NCBI GenBank assembly: GCA_013696105.1
Contig: JACCZE010000434.1
Location: 1-59,115 of the forward strand
Length of the DNA: 59,115 nt
Reading direction: 5' to 3'
Source: Planctomycetota bacterium
GTDB lineage: Bacteria; Planctomycetota; UBA11346
How positions within the stretch are numbered: position 1 is the first letter of the stretch; every line of letters begins with the position of its first letter. A program made the translations under genes and the position numbers. The notes below the pieces were generated by a model that was not told where the DNA came from, did not search any database, and saw only the letters and a list, made by a program, of their open reading frames with translations. Positions 1 to 11,595 of this stretch are shown here, piece after piece.

Positions 1-40
1 CCGCAGCCGCGGCCGGGGGCTCTTGCAGTTGCATGAGTTG

Positions 41-70
41 AGACCCAGCCTCCCAGGCTGGGTCTTTTTG
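41..70 (+). terminator. Rho-independent terminator of a + strand gene lying upstream of the window
   Basis: Perfect 11-bp stem AGACCCAGCCT (41-51) pairs with AGGCTGGGTCT (55-65). The loop is 3 nt and a T-run follows (66-69). Confidence 0.7.
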
Positions 71-101
71 TGGCCTCTCAGCGGATAGCCTGACACAGCA
101 A

Positions 102-126
102 GATACCCAGCCGATGGCTGGGTATC
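102..126 (-). terminator. Hairpin downstream of the - strand lipoprotein gene (candidate terminator)
   Basis: Perfect 11-bp stem GATACCCAGCC (102-112) pairs with GGCTGGGTATC (116-126), with a GAT loop. It shares the ACCCAGCC/GGCTGGGT core with the hairpin at 41-65. The T-tract on the - strand is only weak (TTGCTGTGT). Confidence 0.4.
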
Positions 127-165
127 CCGTGACTGCACCTCACTTGCGCAGGCTACCTGCGCAGG

Positions 166-537
166 CTACTTGAGCGCGTAGCGCTTCTTGAAGCTCTCCA
201 ACAGGCGAGCGGTCATGGCGGGCTGATCCTTTTCCGCCTGCACGACCACGGTCTCGCGGTTGGGGCCTTCGCCAATGAAGGATTTCGATTTCGTCGGATC
301 GACGGTGTGGGTGGCCTTGAAGGCGTTGTGCATGTCCTTGGTTCCGAAGACATAGATGCGCTTCTCGTGCAGCTCCTCGCCGTAGTACCGGCTCAGGCCG
401 CCGCCGTCGGAATAGGATCCGGGGACGGCCTTGGCTCCGTCGCCTGCGGCAGCCGTGGGGCGTGAATCTCCGCCGCAGCCGGCGAGCAGCACGGCGAGGA
501 CGGGGATGATGACCTGAATGACGTTATGACGAGGCAT
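166..537 (-). CDS. Small lipoprotein, function unknown
   Basis: Track ORF of 123 aa. The N-terminal signal peptide carries the lipobox VLAVLLAGC followed by GG. Confidence 0.65.
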   Translation of the reverse strand: MPRHNVIQVIIPVLAVLLAGCGGDSRPTAAAGDGAKAVPGSYSDGGGLSRYYGEELHEKRIYVFGTKDMHNAFKATHTVDPTKSKSFIGEGPNRETVVVQAEKDQPAMTARLLESFKKRYALK

Positions 538-705
538 GGTCGCTCCTGAGGTGCTTTGAGTATCGCACGAGGAGTATCGCTCGAGCGTGAATCGAAGATG
601 AGCATCTCGTGAAGATTCAGCGAAGCGGGCCCCGCGATGATGAGATGATGGAAAACCTTCACCGTGGAAACATCAGCCCTTCACCGGAGCGGCTAGTCTG
701 CCGAG

Positions 706-1977
706 ATGGACCGCACCGCAGCCGCGCGTACCCCTCTGAAGATCGCGCTGGTCACCGAAACCTTCCCGCCCGAGATCAACGGCGTGGCGATGACCCTGCA
801 TCGCCTGGTCACGGCGCTTGCGCAACATCACCGGGTCACGGTCATCCGCCCACGTCAACCGCAGGATGCCTGCGATACCCGCTCGGAGTGCCTTCCGGCA
901 GATGCGCAGGAGCTGCTCCGACCCGGCTTCCTCATCCCGAAATGGGGCTTCCGCTTCGGATTTCCCGCGCCATTGACCCTGCGACGGACCTGGAAGGCCG
1001 ATCCCCCCGATCTCGTGCACATCGCCACCGAGGGGCCTCTGGGCTATTCCGCCCTGGTGATGGCCAGACGGCTCGGCATCCCGGTCACCACCAGCTTCCA
1101 TACCAATTTCCACGATTATAGCCGCTATTATGGCGTCGGGCTGATCCATGGCCTGGTGTCGTCGTACCTGCGCAGCTTCCATAATCGCGGAGCGAAGACG
1201 CTGGTGCCCAGCCGCGATCTGCTGCAAGGGCTCTCGGCGGATGGCTACAACAACCTCGTCCTGTTCGGGCGTGGGGTCGATACCCAGCTCTTTGCTCCAA
1301 CGCGGCGGGATCCGGCGCTGCGTGATGCCTGGGGCGTGGGTCCCAATGGCCTGGCGATCGTCCATGTCGGGCGCGTCGCTCCGGAAAAGAACATGCCCCT
1401 GCTGTTCGCCGCCTTCGATCGCATCCGCGCATTCCGACCCGACGCCCGCTTGATCATCGTCGGGGATGGGGCTCTGCGCGGGGAATACCAACGTCAGCAC
1501 CCCGAAGCGATCTTCGCCGGCGCTCGGATCGGCAAGGATCTCGCCCGCCATTACGCCTCGGCGGATCTCTTCCTGTTCCCGAGCATGAGCGAGACATTCG
1601 GCAACGTCGTGCTGGAGGCGATGGCCAGCGGCCTGGCGAGCGTTGCCTTCGACTATGCCGCGCCCCAGCGTTACCTGCGCCATGCCCGCAACGGATGGCG
1701 GGTGGCATTCGGCGATGAGACCGCATTCCTGGCAACTGCTGAGACCGCTGCGGCCAGCGCCCGGACGTTGCGCAGCTTCGGAGCCCAGGCGCGGATCGAT
1801 GCGATGGACATCCCCTGGGACGTGGTATTCGCCCAGTTCGAAAACGCGATCTGCGATGCCGTCGAGGCCCACCGCTCACAATTCGCCTTGGCAGCGCCGC
1901 AGTTCGCCACCGGAGTCGCGGCGCCCGACCGCTTCAACGCTCATTCTCAGGATCTTCATCGCGAATTCATCGGCTAG
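706..1977 (+). CDS. Group 1 / GT4-type glycosyltransferase
   Basis: Track ORF of 423 aa. It has the N-terminal motif KIALVTETFPPEINGVAMT. It also has the C-terminal acceptor/donor motif FPSMSETFGNVVLEAMASGL typical of GT-B group 1 enzymes. Confidence 0.8.
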   Translation: MDRTAAARTPLKIALVTETFPPEINGVAMTLHRLVTALAQHHRVTVIRPRQPQDACDTRSECLPADAQELLRPGFLIPKWGFRFGFPAPLTLRRTWKADPPDLVHIATEGPLGYSALVMARRLGIPVTTSFHTNFHDYSRYYGVGLIHGLVSSYLRSFHNRGAKTLVPSRDLLQGLSADGYNNLVLFGRGVDTQLFAPTRRDPALRDAWGVGPNGLAIVHVGRVAPEKNMPLLFAAFDRIRAFRPDARLIIVGDGALRGEYQRQHPEAIFAGARIGKDLARHYASADLFLFPSMSETFGNVVLEAMASGLASVAFDYAAPQRYLRHARNGWRVAFGDETAFLATAETAAASARTLRSFGAQARIDAMDIPWDVVFAQFENAICDAVEAHRSQFALAAPQFATGVAAPDRFNAHSQDLHREFIG

Positions 1978-2037
1978 GACATGCTCGCCGACGATCATCC
2001 GGTCGCCCACACCGATCGGATGGTCAGCCGCACGGCA

Positions 2038-2066
2038 AGGTCGTGCGGTTTTTTTTGCTCTCGGGT
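2038..2066 (+). terminator. Rho-independent terminator after the glycosyltransferase gene
   Basis: CCGCACG (2038-2044), 7-nt loop, CGTGCGG (2052-2058), followed by T8 (2059-2066). Confidence 0.8.
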
Positions 2067-2194
2067 GCGACCCTCAGGTCGACCGAATCCTGGCGACCGC
2101 TCAGTAGAGTTTCAGCGTTCATGTGCGATGCGCTCGGCTGGACCCCTTCCAGCCATCAGTCTGGCCGTCCCGAGACGGACCCACCCGCCAGTGC

Positions 2195-2551
2195 ATGACC
2201 ACCTTCGATGAATGGGCACCACAGATGGACGCGACGGACGCCGAGATCGACCGGGCCATCTTCGGCAGGCGCAGGAGCGGCTCCCTGCCGCATTATCGCG
2301 GAGACACCTTCGCCCAGGGCCTGCTGCTCGCACATCTGGAATCACTGGGGTGGGTGCGCGAGCCAATCTCGCCCCTGGTCGTGCATGGTCCAACCACCAC
2401 CGAACGGGTCGCCGGATGCAGATTCCGATGCGAGCGCACGGGCAGGTCATTCCAGAGCTACGCCTCTGACGACGCCACGGCGCTGATCGAGGCGGCTTTG
2501 CTGACCCTGCGCGCGCTCGCCGCCCCAGGTCGCCACCACCCTGTCACGTGA
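2195..2551 (+). CDS. Hypothetical protein (118 aa from MTTFDEW)
   Basis: Internal ATG of track ORF 2123..2551. It has GC-rich third codon positions and an ordinary amino-acid composition. I recognised no family. Confidence 0.45.
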   Translation: MTTFDEWAPQMDATDAEIDRAIFGRRRSGSLPHYRGDTFAQGLLLAHLESLGWVREPISPLVVHGPTTTERVAGCRFRCERTGRSFQSYASDDATALIEAALLTLRALAAPGRHHPVT

Positions 2552-2577
2552 GCCCTGCCGAGTCTGAATTTACGATT

Positions 2578-2595
2578 TCTTCATCAGGTCTTCAT
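2578..2595 (+). promoter_or_regulatory. Candidate Pho box (PhoB binding site) upstream of pstS
   Basis: The 7-bp direct repeat TCTTCAT occurs at 2578-2584 and 2589-2595 with an 11-bp period. It is followed by AT-rich ATTT and lies ~38 nt upstream of the pstS ATG. The AGGAG SD sits at 2623-2627. Confidence 0.4.
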
Positions 2596-2633
2596 ATTTC
2601 CGGGGTACACCCCGTGCAACTCCAGGAGACTCC

Positions 2634-3611
2634 ATGTACCGCGCCCATGACGTCCGCAATCGCCGAATCCCCTCTCTCGCCATCGCCTTCCTCATCACCG
2701 GCGCGGCATCCGTGCCGGCGCTCGAGGTCGATCCCGCCATCCCGGCCTACGAATCGGCCAGCGGCGTCTCGGGCAACCTCAACAGCATCGGCTCGGACAC
2801 CCTCAACAATCTGATGACCTATTGGGCTGAAGGTTTCCAATCCATCTATCCCAACGTCAAGATCCAGATCGAAGGCAAGGGCTCGACCACTGCTCCGCCA
2901 GCACTGATCGCCGGCACCAGCCAGCTGGGACCGATGAGCCGCTCGATGAAGAAGGAAGAGCTCGACGCGTTCGAGAAGAAGTACGGCTACAAGCCCACCG
3001 AGGTGAAGGTCGCCATCGACGCGCTCGCGGTGTTCGTGCACAAGGACAACCCCATCGCCAAGCTGAGCCTGACGGAAGTCGACAGCATCTTCGGCTCGAC
3101 CTACAAGCGCGGTGGCAAGGACATCACCGAATGGGGCCAGCTCGGCCTCGATGCCTGGAAGGGCAAGGCGGTTTCGCTCTATGGCCGCAACAGCGCCTCG
3201 GGCACCTATGGCTTCTTCAAGGAGCACGCTCTGAAAAAAGGCGATTACAAGAGCAGCGTGAAGGAACAGCCGGGGTCTTCTGCCGTCGTCCAGGGCGTCG
3301 CCGCGGATCTCGGCGGCATCGGCTACTCGGGCATCGGTTATGTCACCTCCAGCGTGAAGGCGCTCCCCCTGTCCGACAAGGGAGAGGCCGCTGCGCCGAA
3401 CTATGAGAACTGCCTCAACGGCAATTATCCCCTGTCCCGCTACCTCTTCATCTATGTGAACAAGAAGCCGGGCCAGCCGCTGGACACCTTGACCGGGGAA
3501 TTCCTGAAGTACGTGAATTCGAAGGGCGGCCAGGAAGTGGTGCTGAAAGACGGATTCTTCCCGATGCCTGCGGACGTGATTGAGAAGACCCGCGCCTCGA
3601 TCGAGAAGTAG
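2634..3611 (+). CDS. pstS: Phosphate-binding protein PstS
   Basis: Track ORF of 325 aa. It has a signal peptide and the [16 protein letters not shown]...[27 protein letters not shown] motifs of PBP-type phosphate binders. It heads the pst operon. Confidence 0.9.
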   Translation: MYRAHDVRNRRIPSLAIAFLITGAASVPALEVDPAIPAYESASGVSGNLNSIGSDTLNNLMTYWAEGFQSIYPNVKIQIEGKGSTTAPPALIAGTSQLGPMSRSMKKEELDAFEKKYGYKPTEVKVAIDALAVFVHKDNPIAKLSLTEVDSIFGSTYKRGGKDITEWGQLGLDAWKGKAVSLYGRNSASGTYGFFKEHALKKGDYKSSVKEQPGSSAVVQGVAADLGGIGYSGIGYVTSSVKALPLSDKGEAAAPNYENCLNGNYPLSRYLFIYVNKKPGQPLDTLTGEFLKYVNSKGGQEVVLKDGFFPMPADVIEKTRASIEK

Positions 3612-3629
3612 CCCCCTCACGACATCCGA

Positions 3630-3658
3630 CCCGCGTCAGGGCATCGCCTTGGCGCGGG
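3630..3658 (+). other. Intercistronic stem-loop between pstS and pstC
   Basis: CCCGCGTCAGGGC-ATC-GCCTTGGCGCGGG gives a 13-bp RNA stem if two G-U pairs are allowed. No T-run follows, so it is more likely an mRNA stabiliser or attenuator than a full terminator. Confidence 0.4.
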
Positions 3659-3671
3659 CCAGGTAGAAACA

Positions 3672-5954
3672 GTGCCAGCCAGCATGGATCCCGTTCCGGA
3701 AGTCCGCCTAGCGGCGGACCGTTTCGCCACCTCGCGCACCACCCTCGTCGTCGACCGCTTCATGACCTGGTTCATCAAGGTCGGGGGCCTGGCGATCATC
3801 GTAGCGGTGTTCGGGATCTTCGTCTTCATCCTGCTCCAGATCCTGCCCCTGTTCCAGGGGGCGAAGGTCGGCGAGGACCGCATCGTCCAGGCCCCGGCGG
3901 GGGCAACGGTCGGATTCGGCATCGACGAATGGGGTGAAATGCCCTTCGTCGCCTACCGTGACGGATCGGTCTTCTTCGCCGGCGCGGCCGCACCCGTATC
4001 CATGGGTCTGCCTGCGAGCGCAGTCGTGACCTCGTCCTCGTACAATGTGTATGATCAGCGATTGACGCTCGGCACCGACAGCGGAGCCCTGTCCATCGCC
4101 ACCATCGCCTACGACCCCAAGTACGATTCGCACAGCAAGCGAACTTTAGACGTCTCGGCGAGGACATCGACTCCGATGCAGCTGGGCTCACCGGGCTTTC
4201 CGCTGCTCTCGGTCGCCTATGCAGAAGCAGGAGACGAGCGTCTGGCGGCAGCGGTACAGGAGGCAGACGGCCGGCATCACGTCTGGGTGGCGGTGCTGGA
4301 ATCCTCCGGCGGACTCTCGGAGTCCGCCGAGCTCACGCTGGGCGAGCGCATCGATCTGGCTCCCCAACTGCCGGGCAAGCCGGAACGGGTGCTCATCGAC
4401 AATCGCGCCGAGAGCGTGATCGTCACCACCGCAACGGGCAGCGTCTGCTATTTCTACCGGCACGATGGGGCGTACGAGAAACGGCAGTTCTTCATACCAT
4501 TCGACGATCAGGTCGACCGGCGCGTCGCGTCGATGGACTTCCTGCTTGGCGACGTGTCGCTGGTCCTGACCAATCCCGCGGGCTGCAACCGCATCTTCAG
4601 CCTGCACCACCGCGACGGCGGCGATATCCGCACCTTCGGTCAGACCAAGGAGCTGGCTCCGCTGCCTGCGGGTGCGGAGACCTTCGCCGTCAGCACCCGC
4701 AACAAAGCCTATGTGGTCAGTGCCGGTTCGACCGTCTCGCTGCGCTATGGCACCACCGCCCACGTCCGTTGGGAGCGTGATCTCGGCTACCGGGTGCGGG
4801 CCGCGGTGATGAACTCGAAGTACGACCACCTCGCGTTCCTCGACGATCGCAATGCGATCCACCTCAGATCGCTGGACGATCCCCACCCCGAAGCCGGATT
4901 CCAGGCGCTCTTCGGGAAAGTGTGGTACGAAGGCGCTTCGGCCCCGCGCTTCGAATGGCAGTCGAGCGGGGGATCTGACGACTTCGAGCCCAAGCTGTCG
5001 ATGATCAATCTGCTGGTCGGCACCTTGAAGGGCACGTTGTACGCGATGCTCTTCGCCGTGCCCATCGCCGTGCTGGGCGCGATGTACACCGCGGAATTCA
5101 TGCACCCGCGCTTCCGCGCGGTGGTCAAGCCGACGGTCGAGATCATGGCTTCGCTGCCGTCGGTGGTGCTGGGGTTCCTCGCCGCGCAGTGGCTGGCGCC
5201 GCTGATCGAGATGCGGGTTCCCTCGGTGCTGATGATCACCCTGCTGGTTCCCGCTGCCGCTTTCCTCTTGGGCTGGATCTGGTCGCGGCTGCCGATGTCG
5301 ATGCGCAGCCGCATCCGCCCGGGATACGAATTCATCGCCTTCGTTCCCGTGCTGTTCGCCGTGTGCTGGCTGGGCTGGATGCTGGGGCCCGTGCTCGAGG
5401 CGCTCGTCTTCACCGTTCCCGATCCGAACGGGTCCGGGAGGATCGCCGACTTCCGGCGCTGGTGGCCAGCCGTGACCGGCTGCTCGTTCGAGCAGCGCAA
5501 TTCCCTGGTGGTCGGCTTCATGATGGGTTTCGCCGTCATCCCCATCATCTTCACCATCGCCGAAGACGCGCTGTCGAACGTGCCCAAGGCCCTGCGTTCC
5601 GGTTCGCTGGCCCTGGGCGCCAGCCGCTGGCAGACCGCGTATTCGATCGTGCTGCCCACGGCCTCCGCTGGCATCTTCTCGGCCCTGATGATCGGCCTGG
5701 GACGGGCGATCGGCGAAACCATGATCGTGGTGATGGCGACCGGCAACACGCCCATCCTCGACATGAACATCTTCAACGGCATGCGCACCCTGTCGGCGAA
5801 CATCGCGGTCGAGCTGCCCGAAGCCTCCGAAGGGGGAACGCTCTACCGCACGCTGTTCCTCGGAGCGATGCTGCTGTTCGGCATGACCTTCATCATCAAC
5901 ACCGTCGCCGAGCTGCTGCGCCAGCACCTCCGCGAGAAATATCGGACGGTGTGA
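3672..5954 (+). CDS. pstC: Phosphate ABC transporter permease PstC, long form
   Basis: Track ORF of 760 aa. The C-terminal permease core carries the EAA-type loop IAEDALSNVPKALRSGSLALGASRWQTAYSIVLP. A large N-terminal extracytoplasmic extension follows one TM segment. Confidence 0.88.
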   Translation: MPASMDPVPEVRLAADRFATSRTTLVVDRFMTWFIKVGGLAIIVAVFGIFVFILLQILPLFQGAKVGEDRIVQAPAGATVGFGIDEWGEMPFVAYRDGSVFFAGAAAPVSMGLPASAVVTSSSYNVYDQRLTLGTDSGALSIATIAYDPKYDSHSKRTLDVSARTSTPMQLGSPGFPLLSVAYAEAGDERLAAAVQEADGRHHVWVAVLESSGGLSESAELTLGERIDLAPQLPGKPERVLIDNRAESVIVTTATGSVCYFYRHDGAYEKRQFFIPFDDQVDRRVASMDFLLGDVSLVLTNPAGCNRIFSLHHRDGGDIRTFGQTKELAPLPAGAETFAVSTRNKAYVVSAGSTVSLRYGTTAHVRWERDLGYRVRAAVMNSKYDHLAFLDDRNAIHLRSLDDPHPEAGFQALFGKVWYEGASAPRFEWQSSGGSDDFEPKLSMINLLVGTLKGTLYAMLFAVPIAVLGAMYTAEFMHPRFRAVVKPTVEIMASLPSVVLGFLAAQWLAPLIEMRVPSVLMITLLVPAAAFLLGWIWSRLPMSMRSRIRPGYEFIAFVPVLFAVCWLGWMLGPVLEALVFTVPDPNGSGRIADFRRWWPAVTGCSFEQRNSLVVGFMMGFAVIPIIFTIAEDALSNVPKALRSGSLALGASRWQTAYSIVLPTASAGIFSALMIGLGRAIGETMIVVMATGNTPILDMNIFNGMRTLSANIAVELPEASEGGTLYRTLFLGAMLLFGMTFIINTVAELLRQHLREKYRTV

Positions 5955-5955
5955 C

Positions 5956-7590
5956 GTGAGCGCACAGCTGCCCAAGACCAAGGGGATCCACCACACCAAG
6001 GGCGAACCGCTGGTGTGGCTCACCGCCATGGGTTTGACCATCGGACTGGTGATGGTCGCGAGCCTGCTGCTGGTGATCATCTCGCAGGGCGTCGGCGTGT
6101 TCTGGCCCAAGCGGGTGACGCGCTTCGTTCTCCCGGATGAGTCGGGCAAGCGGATCGAGGTCGACGGCGTGGTGGTGAAGCGGCAGCTGAAGACAGCCGA
6201 GGCTGGCAAGGCTCCGATCGAGGAGATCCAGATCTACACCGGCAACCGCGAGGTCTACAGCCTCGCCTTCCGCTATCTGGATGTGCACCGGATCACGTCT
6301 GAAAGCCTGCCAGCGGACGCACTGCTCATCGAGCGCCTCGAGAACGGCAACGCCATCGGCACGCCCATCTCCCTCAAGACCGGGTCCTCGACGGGACTTC
6401 CCGCCGAGGACCCGTCGTTCCGGTCGGGCCTGGCCAAGGCGATCGAAGAGGCATCCGCTCGCCGCTCCGCGATCGATCACCTCGAGAAGCATGTCATCGG
6501 CCGCAACGCCGCCGAGATCAGCGAGCTCGAAGTGCGGGCGAAGAGCGCCGCACCGGATCGGCAGCAGGCGCTGGAGGCCGATATCGCCACGCTCAAGACC
6601 CGCTACCAGGAACTGGCGGCCGAGGCGAAGCGGCTGAGGAAGGTGCAGAACGAACAATCGCTGGAGTACCGCCTCGCCTCCGGTGAGACGCGCACCGTGG
6701 CGATCGGCTCGATCATCGACCACCACTATCCCAATCAGCTGGGATTCCTATCGCGCTTCGGCCGCTTCTGCGAGAACCTCTGGAATTTCGTCAGCGAGCG
6801 TCCCCGCGAAGCGAACACCGAGGGCGGCATCTTCCCGGCTATCTTCGGCACCTTCGTCATGACCCTGCTGATGAGCCTGCTGGTGGCGCCGTTCGGCGTC
6901 CTCGCGGCGATCTACCTGCGCGAATACGCCAAGCAGGGTCCGATTGTGCGCATGGTGCGGATCGCGGTGAACAACCTGGCCGGGGTCCCATCCATCGTCT
7001 TCGGGGTCTTCGGTCTCGGCTTCTTCGTCTACTTCGTCGGCGGCTCGATCGACCGGGCGTTCTTCAGCCAATGCCTGCCCAACCCCACCGTCGGAACCGG
7101 TGGCATCGGCTGGGCAGCGATGACTCTTGCGTTGATGACCCTGCCGGTGGTGATCGTCGCCACCGAGGAGGCGGTCGTCGCCGTGCCGCGCGGTGCGCGC
7201 GAAGGCAGCCTCGCCTGCGGGGCATCCAAGTGGCAGACCATCCAGCGTATCGTCCTGCCTGCTGCAGTTCCGGGCATCCTTACCGGAATGATCCTGGCCA
7301 TGGCGCGCGGAGCCGGTGAAGTGGCCCCCCTGATGCTGGTCGGGGTGGTGAAGCTCGCGCCCAGCCTGCCGCTGGATCTCGAATACCCCTTCTTCCACCT
7401 GAACCAGAAATTCATGCACCTGGGCTTCCACATCTACGACCTCGGCTTCCAGTCCCCCGACTCCGAAGCCGCCCGACCGATGGTCTTCGCGACGACCCTC
7501 TTCCTCATCCTGCTGGTGATCGTGCTGAATCTGGGGGCCATCCTCCTGCGCGAACGCCTGCGACGGAGGTTCGCCACCGCGGCGTTCTGA
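5956..7590 (+). CDS. pstA: Phosphate ABC transporter permease PstA, long form
   Basis: Track ORF of 544 aa. It has the motif [40 protein letters not shown] and starts 2 nt after the pstC stop. Confidence 0.88.
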   Translation: MSAQLPKTKGIHHTKGEPLVWLTAMGLTIGLVMVASLLLVIISQGVGVFWPKRVTRFVLPDESGKRIEVDGVVVKRQLKTAEAGKAPIEEIQIYTGNREVYSLAFRYLDVHRITSESLPADALLIERLENGNAIGTPISLKTGSSTGLPAEDPSFRSGLAKAIEEASARRSAIDHLEKHVIGRNAAEISELEVRAKSAAPDRQQALEADIATLKTRYQELAAEAKRLRKVQNEQSLEYRLASGETRTVAIGSIIDHHYPNQLGFLSRFGRFCENLWNFVSERPREANTEGGIFPAIFGTFVMTLLMSLLVAPFGVLAAIYLREYAKQGPIVRMVRIAVNNLAGVPSIVFGVFGLGFFVYFVGGSIDRAFFSQCLPNPTVGTGGIGWAAMTLALMTLPVVIVATEEAVVAVPRGAREGSLACGASKWQTIQRIVLPAAVPGILTGMILAMARGAGEVAPLMLVGVVKLAPSLPLDLEYPFFHLNQKFMHLGFHIYDLGFQSPDSEAARPMVFATTLFLILLVIVLNLGAILLRERLRRRFATAAF

Positions 7591-7595
7591 AAGGC

Positions 7596-8423
7596 ATGTA
7601 CCTCATGGACCAGATCACTTCGAAGCCGATCGTCTCCGCGCCGGCGGAAGCCCCCCAAACGGGAAGGGATAGCGGCTACGTCAGCATCCGCGACTACGAT
7701 TTCTTCTATGGCAAGCAGCAGGTCCTGTTCTCCATCTCGATGGACATGCCCGAGCGCCAGGTCACCGCGCTCATCGGGCCTTCGGGATGCGGGAAATCGA
7801 CCCTGCTGCGCAACATCAACCGCATGAACGACCTGATCGATGGGATCTCCCATCGCGGCGACATCCTGATCGACGGGAAGACCATCTACAATCCGCACAT
7901 CGAGGTCACCAGCCTGCGCAAACGCATCGGCATGGTCTTCCAGAAATCGAATCCCTTCCCGAAATCGATATACGAGAATGTGGTGTACGGGCTGCGCGTC
8001 GCCGGCGGGTATACCAAGAGCCAGCTCGACCAGGCCTGCGAGGAAGCTCTGAAATCGGCCGCCCTCTGGGATGAGGCCAAGGACCGGCTCACCGACAGCG
8101 CGCTCGGCCTGTCGGGAGGACAGCAGCAGCGGCTATGCATCGCCCGCGCGGTCGCCATCCGTCCCGACATCCTGCTGATGGACGAGCCCTGTTCGGCGCT
8201 CGACCCGCTCGCCACCTCGCGCATCGAAGAGCTCATCACCGAGCTCAAGAAGGACTACACCGTGGTCATCGTCACCCATAACATGCAGCAGGCGGCGCGC
8301 GTCTCCGACCGCACCGCCTTCTTCTACCTCGGCAAGCTGATCGAGTACGATAGCACCCTGACCATCTTCACCACGCCCAAGCAGAAGCAGACCGAGGATT
8401 ACATCACCGGGAGATTCGGATGA
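7596..8423 (+). CDS. pstB: Phosphate import ATP-binding protein PstB
   Basis: Track ORF of 275 aa. Walker A is GPSGCGKST, the signature is [14 protein letters not shown], and Walker B is ILLMDEP. Confidence 0.95.
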   Translation: MYLMDQITSKPIVSAPAEAPQTGRDSGYVSIRDYDFFYGKQQVLFSISMDMPERQVTALIGPSGCGKSTLLRNINRMNDLIDGISHRGDILIDGKTIYNPHIEVTSLRKRIGMVFQKSNPFPKSIYENVVYGLRVAGGYTKSQLDQACEEALKSAALWDEAKDRLTDSALGLSGGQQQRLCIARAVAIRPDILLMDEPCSALDPLATSRIEELITELKKDYTVVIVTHNMQQAARVSDRTAFFYLGKLIEYDSTLTIFTTPKQKQTEDYITGRFG

Positions 8424-9115
8424 CCCAGATCCGTCATTTCGACCTGGAACTCGCCGAGCTCAAACGCTCGCTGGTGAGCATGGGCAACCTCGTCGAGCAG
8501 ACCGTCGAGCTGTGCGTGAAGACCATCCTGCAGCCTGCGCTGGAAGTCCGGGACGAGGTGAGCTCGATCGAAGAGCGCATCGACGAGCTCGAGACCGTCA
8601 TCGAGGAGCGCTGCCACCAGATCATCTCCCTGCAATCGCCGATGGCTCGCGACCTGCGCTTCCTGATCTCGGCCACCCGCATCACCTCCGATCTCGAACA
8701 GGTCGGCGACCTCGCCGAATCCATCGCCAAGCGCGCGCATTACATCGCCAAGCATCAGCTCGTGCGCAATCCCACCGCCCTCAACACCCTGGGCGCCCTG
8801 GCGCGGAAGATGATCCACGAAGCGATCGAGGCGTTCGTCAGCGGAGACATCGACATCGCCAAGAGCATCCTGCTCGAAGAGGACGATGCCGATCGACGGA
8901 CGAAGGACTGCTACAAGGAGATCCAGGCCTCCATGGAGTCCCAGCCCGACCTGATCAAGGAATACACCCACCTGCTGCGTGCGGTCGGCCACCTCGAGCA
9001 CATCGCGGACATCGCCGTCTCGATCGCAGAGGAAGCCGTCTACATCCACCGCGGCCAACTCATCCGCCATCAGCACCAGGAGCACCTGGACGCCGATGCG
9101 GGGAAGAAGGAATGA
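8420..9115 (+). CDS. phoU: Phosphate signalling accessory protein PhoU
   Basis: Track ORF of 231 aa. It shows the two-repeat helical PhoU pattern ([16 protein letters not shown] and [16 protein letters not shown]). It overlaps the pstB stop by 4 nt. Confidence 0.9.
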   Translation: MTQIRHFDLELAELKRSLVSMGNLVEQTVELCVKTILQPALEVRDEVSSIEERIDELETVIEERCHQIISLQSPMARDLRFLISATRITSDLEQVGDLAESIAKRAHYIAKHQLVRNPTALNTLGALARKMIHEAIEAFVSGDIDIAKSILLEEDDADRRTKDCYKEIQASMESQPDLIKEYTHLLRAVGHLEHIADIAVSIAEEAVYIHRGQLIRHQHQEHLDADAGKKE

Positions 9116-9124
9116 GGTGACCGC

Positions 9125-9816
<692 letters not shown>

Positions 9817-9820
<4 letters not shown>

Positions 9821-11595
9821 GCCGACGGCGGCTCGTCCTCGCCGGATTGCTCGCTCCGTCGCTGCTGCTCGCCGTGCTGACGGGTATCGCCTGGCTGTCC
9901 CTGTCCTATCAGCGTGGTCAGCTCGCTCGGATGGTGGAGCGCTCAACGGAAGCGACGATCACCGCCGAGGTCGAGCTGGTCGCTGCTCTAGCTGGCGCCA
10001 GCTCCAAAGTCGACCTCGCGACCTGGAACCGGGCACGCTTCCCACATCGGCGCGTCACGGTGATCGCCTCCGATGGCAGCGTCCTTTTCGATTCGGAGGC
10101 CGATCCCGCAGCGATGGACAACCACAACAGCCGCCCAGAGGTCCAGCAGGCGCGGCGTGGAGGCATCGGCATCAGCCGTCGGCCGAGCGATACGGTGGGA
10201 CGGTCTCTGCTCTATGCCGCCAAGGATCTCGGCGACGGTCGGGTGATCCGGGTGGCCGCGCCGATCGCGGTCGAGTCGACGGCCGTGCATGATCTGTTCT
10301 CCCGCACGGCCAGCGCCTCGCTGGTGGTGGCAGGAGCGGCGGCACTGATGGTTCTGCTGCTGGTGATGCGCGATCGCGCCCGCCTGAGGGAGCTCCAGGC
10401 GGTGTCGCGCGCCTATGCCGCCGGCGACTTCGCCTACCGGGCCAACCTCACCGGAGGCGGAGCGTTCGCGCGGCTCGGACACGAACTCAACCACCTCGGC
10501 GAACGCCTGCAGGCGACGCTCGACGAGCTCGCCTATCAGCGCTCATTGCTCGACAACGCGCTCGGAGCCCTCACCGAGGGAGTGGCGTGCATCGACCGCC
10601 TGGATCGGGTGGTGTACGCCAATCCCGCCTATCGCCAGTTCGCTGCCGGTGGCGCCGAGGTCCAGGGCCAGCTGTTCTACGAGCACATCCCCGCGGCCGT
10701 GGTGGCGGAACCGCTGGGTTCCGCCCGGTCCGATAGCGATGGGCCCGAGCATGCCTACGCGGCGGAATTCGAGCATCGCCGCCGCCATCTGCGCGCGATG
10801 GCGTTGCGCATCGGCAACGGCATCGTCGTCCTGGTGCTGCACGACCTCACCGAGATCCGACGCACCGAGCAGGCCCGCCGGGATTTCATGGCATCGATCA
10901 GTCACGAGTTCAAGACCCCGCTGACATCGATCCTGGGCTTCACCGACACCTTGTTGAGCGTCGACGACGACATCGATCCCGCGATGTCCAAGGACTTCAT
11001 CGGTCGCATCGCGCGGCACGCGCAGCGGCTCTCGGGCCTGGTGCACGATGTCCTGACGCTCTCCCGCCTCGAGCAGGCGGCCTGGGAGGTCCGCCCGGAG
11101 CCCGTCGACCTCACCGCGCTATGCCACGCCATACTCGACGAGTACGAGCCGACCGCGCTGGTCAAGAACGTGCACCTGGTGTACCAGGGGCCCGAACGCC
11201 TGGAGATCGTCTCGGATCCCGAGCTCCTACGTCAGTTGCTGGGCAATCTCGTTTCCAATGCCGTGCGCTACAACCGCACCGACGGCACGGTGTGGCTGCG
11301 ATTGGCCATCAGGTCCGGCGGGGTGGTGGCTACGATCGAGGATACCGGCGTCGGTATTCCCGAGGATCACCACCACCGCATCTTCGACCGCTTCCACCGG
11401 GTCGACGCCCATCGCAGCCGCCAGAGCGGAGGAACCGGCCTGGGCTTGGCGATCGTCAAGCAGCTGGTGGAGGTCCTGGGGGGCGACATCTCGTTCACCA
11501 GCGGCGCAGCGGGCAGCGCATTCACCGTGGATCTGCCCCAGGGCGCACAGACAGCCGCAACGCTTGGACCCGCGCCCACCTCGACGCCGGCATGA
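9817..11595 (+). CDS. phoR: PhoR-like sensor histidine kinase
   Basis: Track ORF of 592 aa with an N-terminal TM, a periplasmic segment, a second TM, and HAMP- and PAS-like regions. The H-box is SISHEFKTPLTSI and the ATPase motifs include GTGLGLAIVK. It overlaps the phoB stop by 4 nt. Confidence 0.85.

Noticed and set aside
4188-6209. Very long antisense ORFs opposite real genes. Examples are 673..1872(-), 2592..3620(-), 4188..6209(-), 24345..25652(-), 26110..27360(-), 38922..40829(+), 47286..50438(+) and 55072..56736(+).
   Set aside because: Their translations are dominated by Arg/Gly/Pro/Ala/His runs with no recognisable motifs. Each lies opposite a gene with clear family hallmarks. Stop-poor mirror frames are expected in GC-rich DNA.
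3672-7590. The unusually long PstC (760 aa) and PstA (544 aa) as a possible novelty.
   Set aside because: Long-form PstC and PstA of very similar sizes are established, for example in Pseudomonas aeruginosa. This is a known variant, not a new feature.
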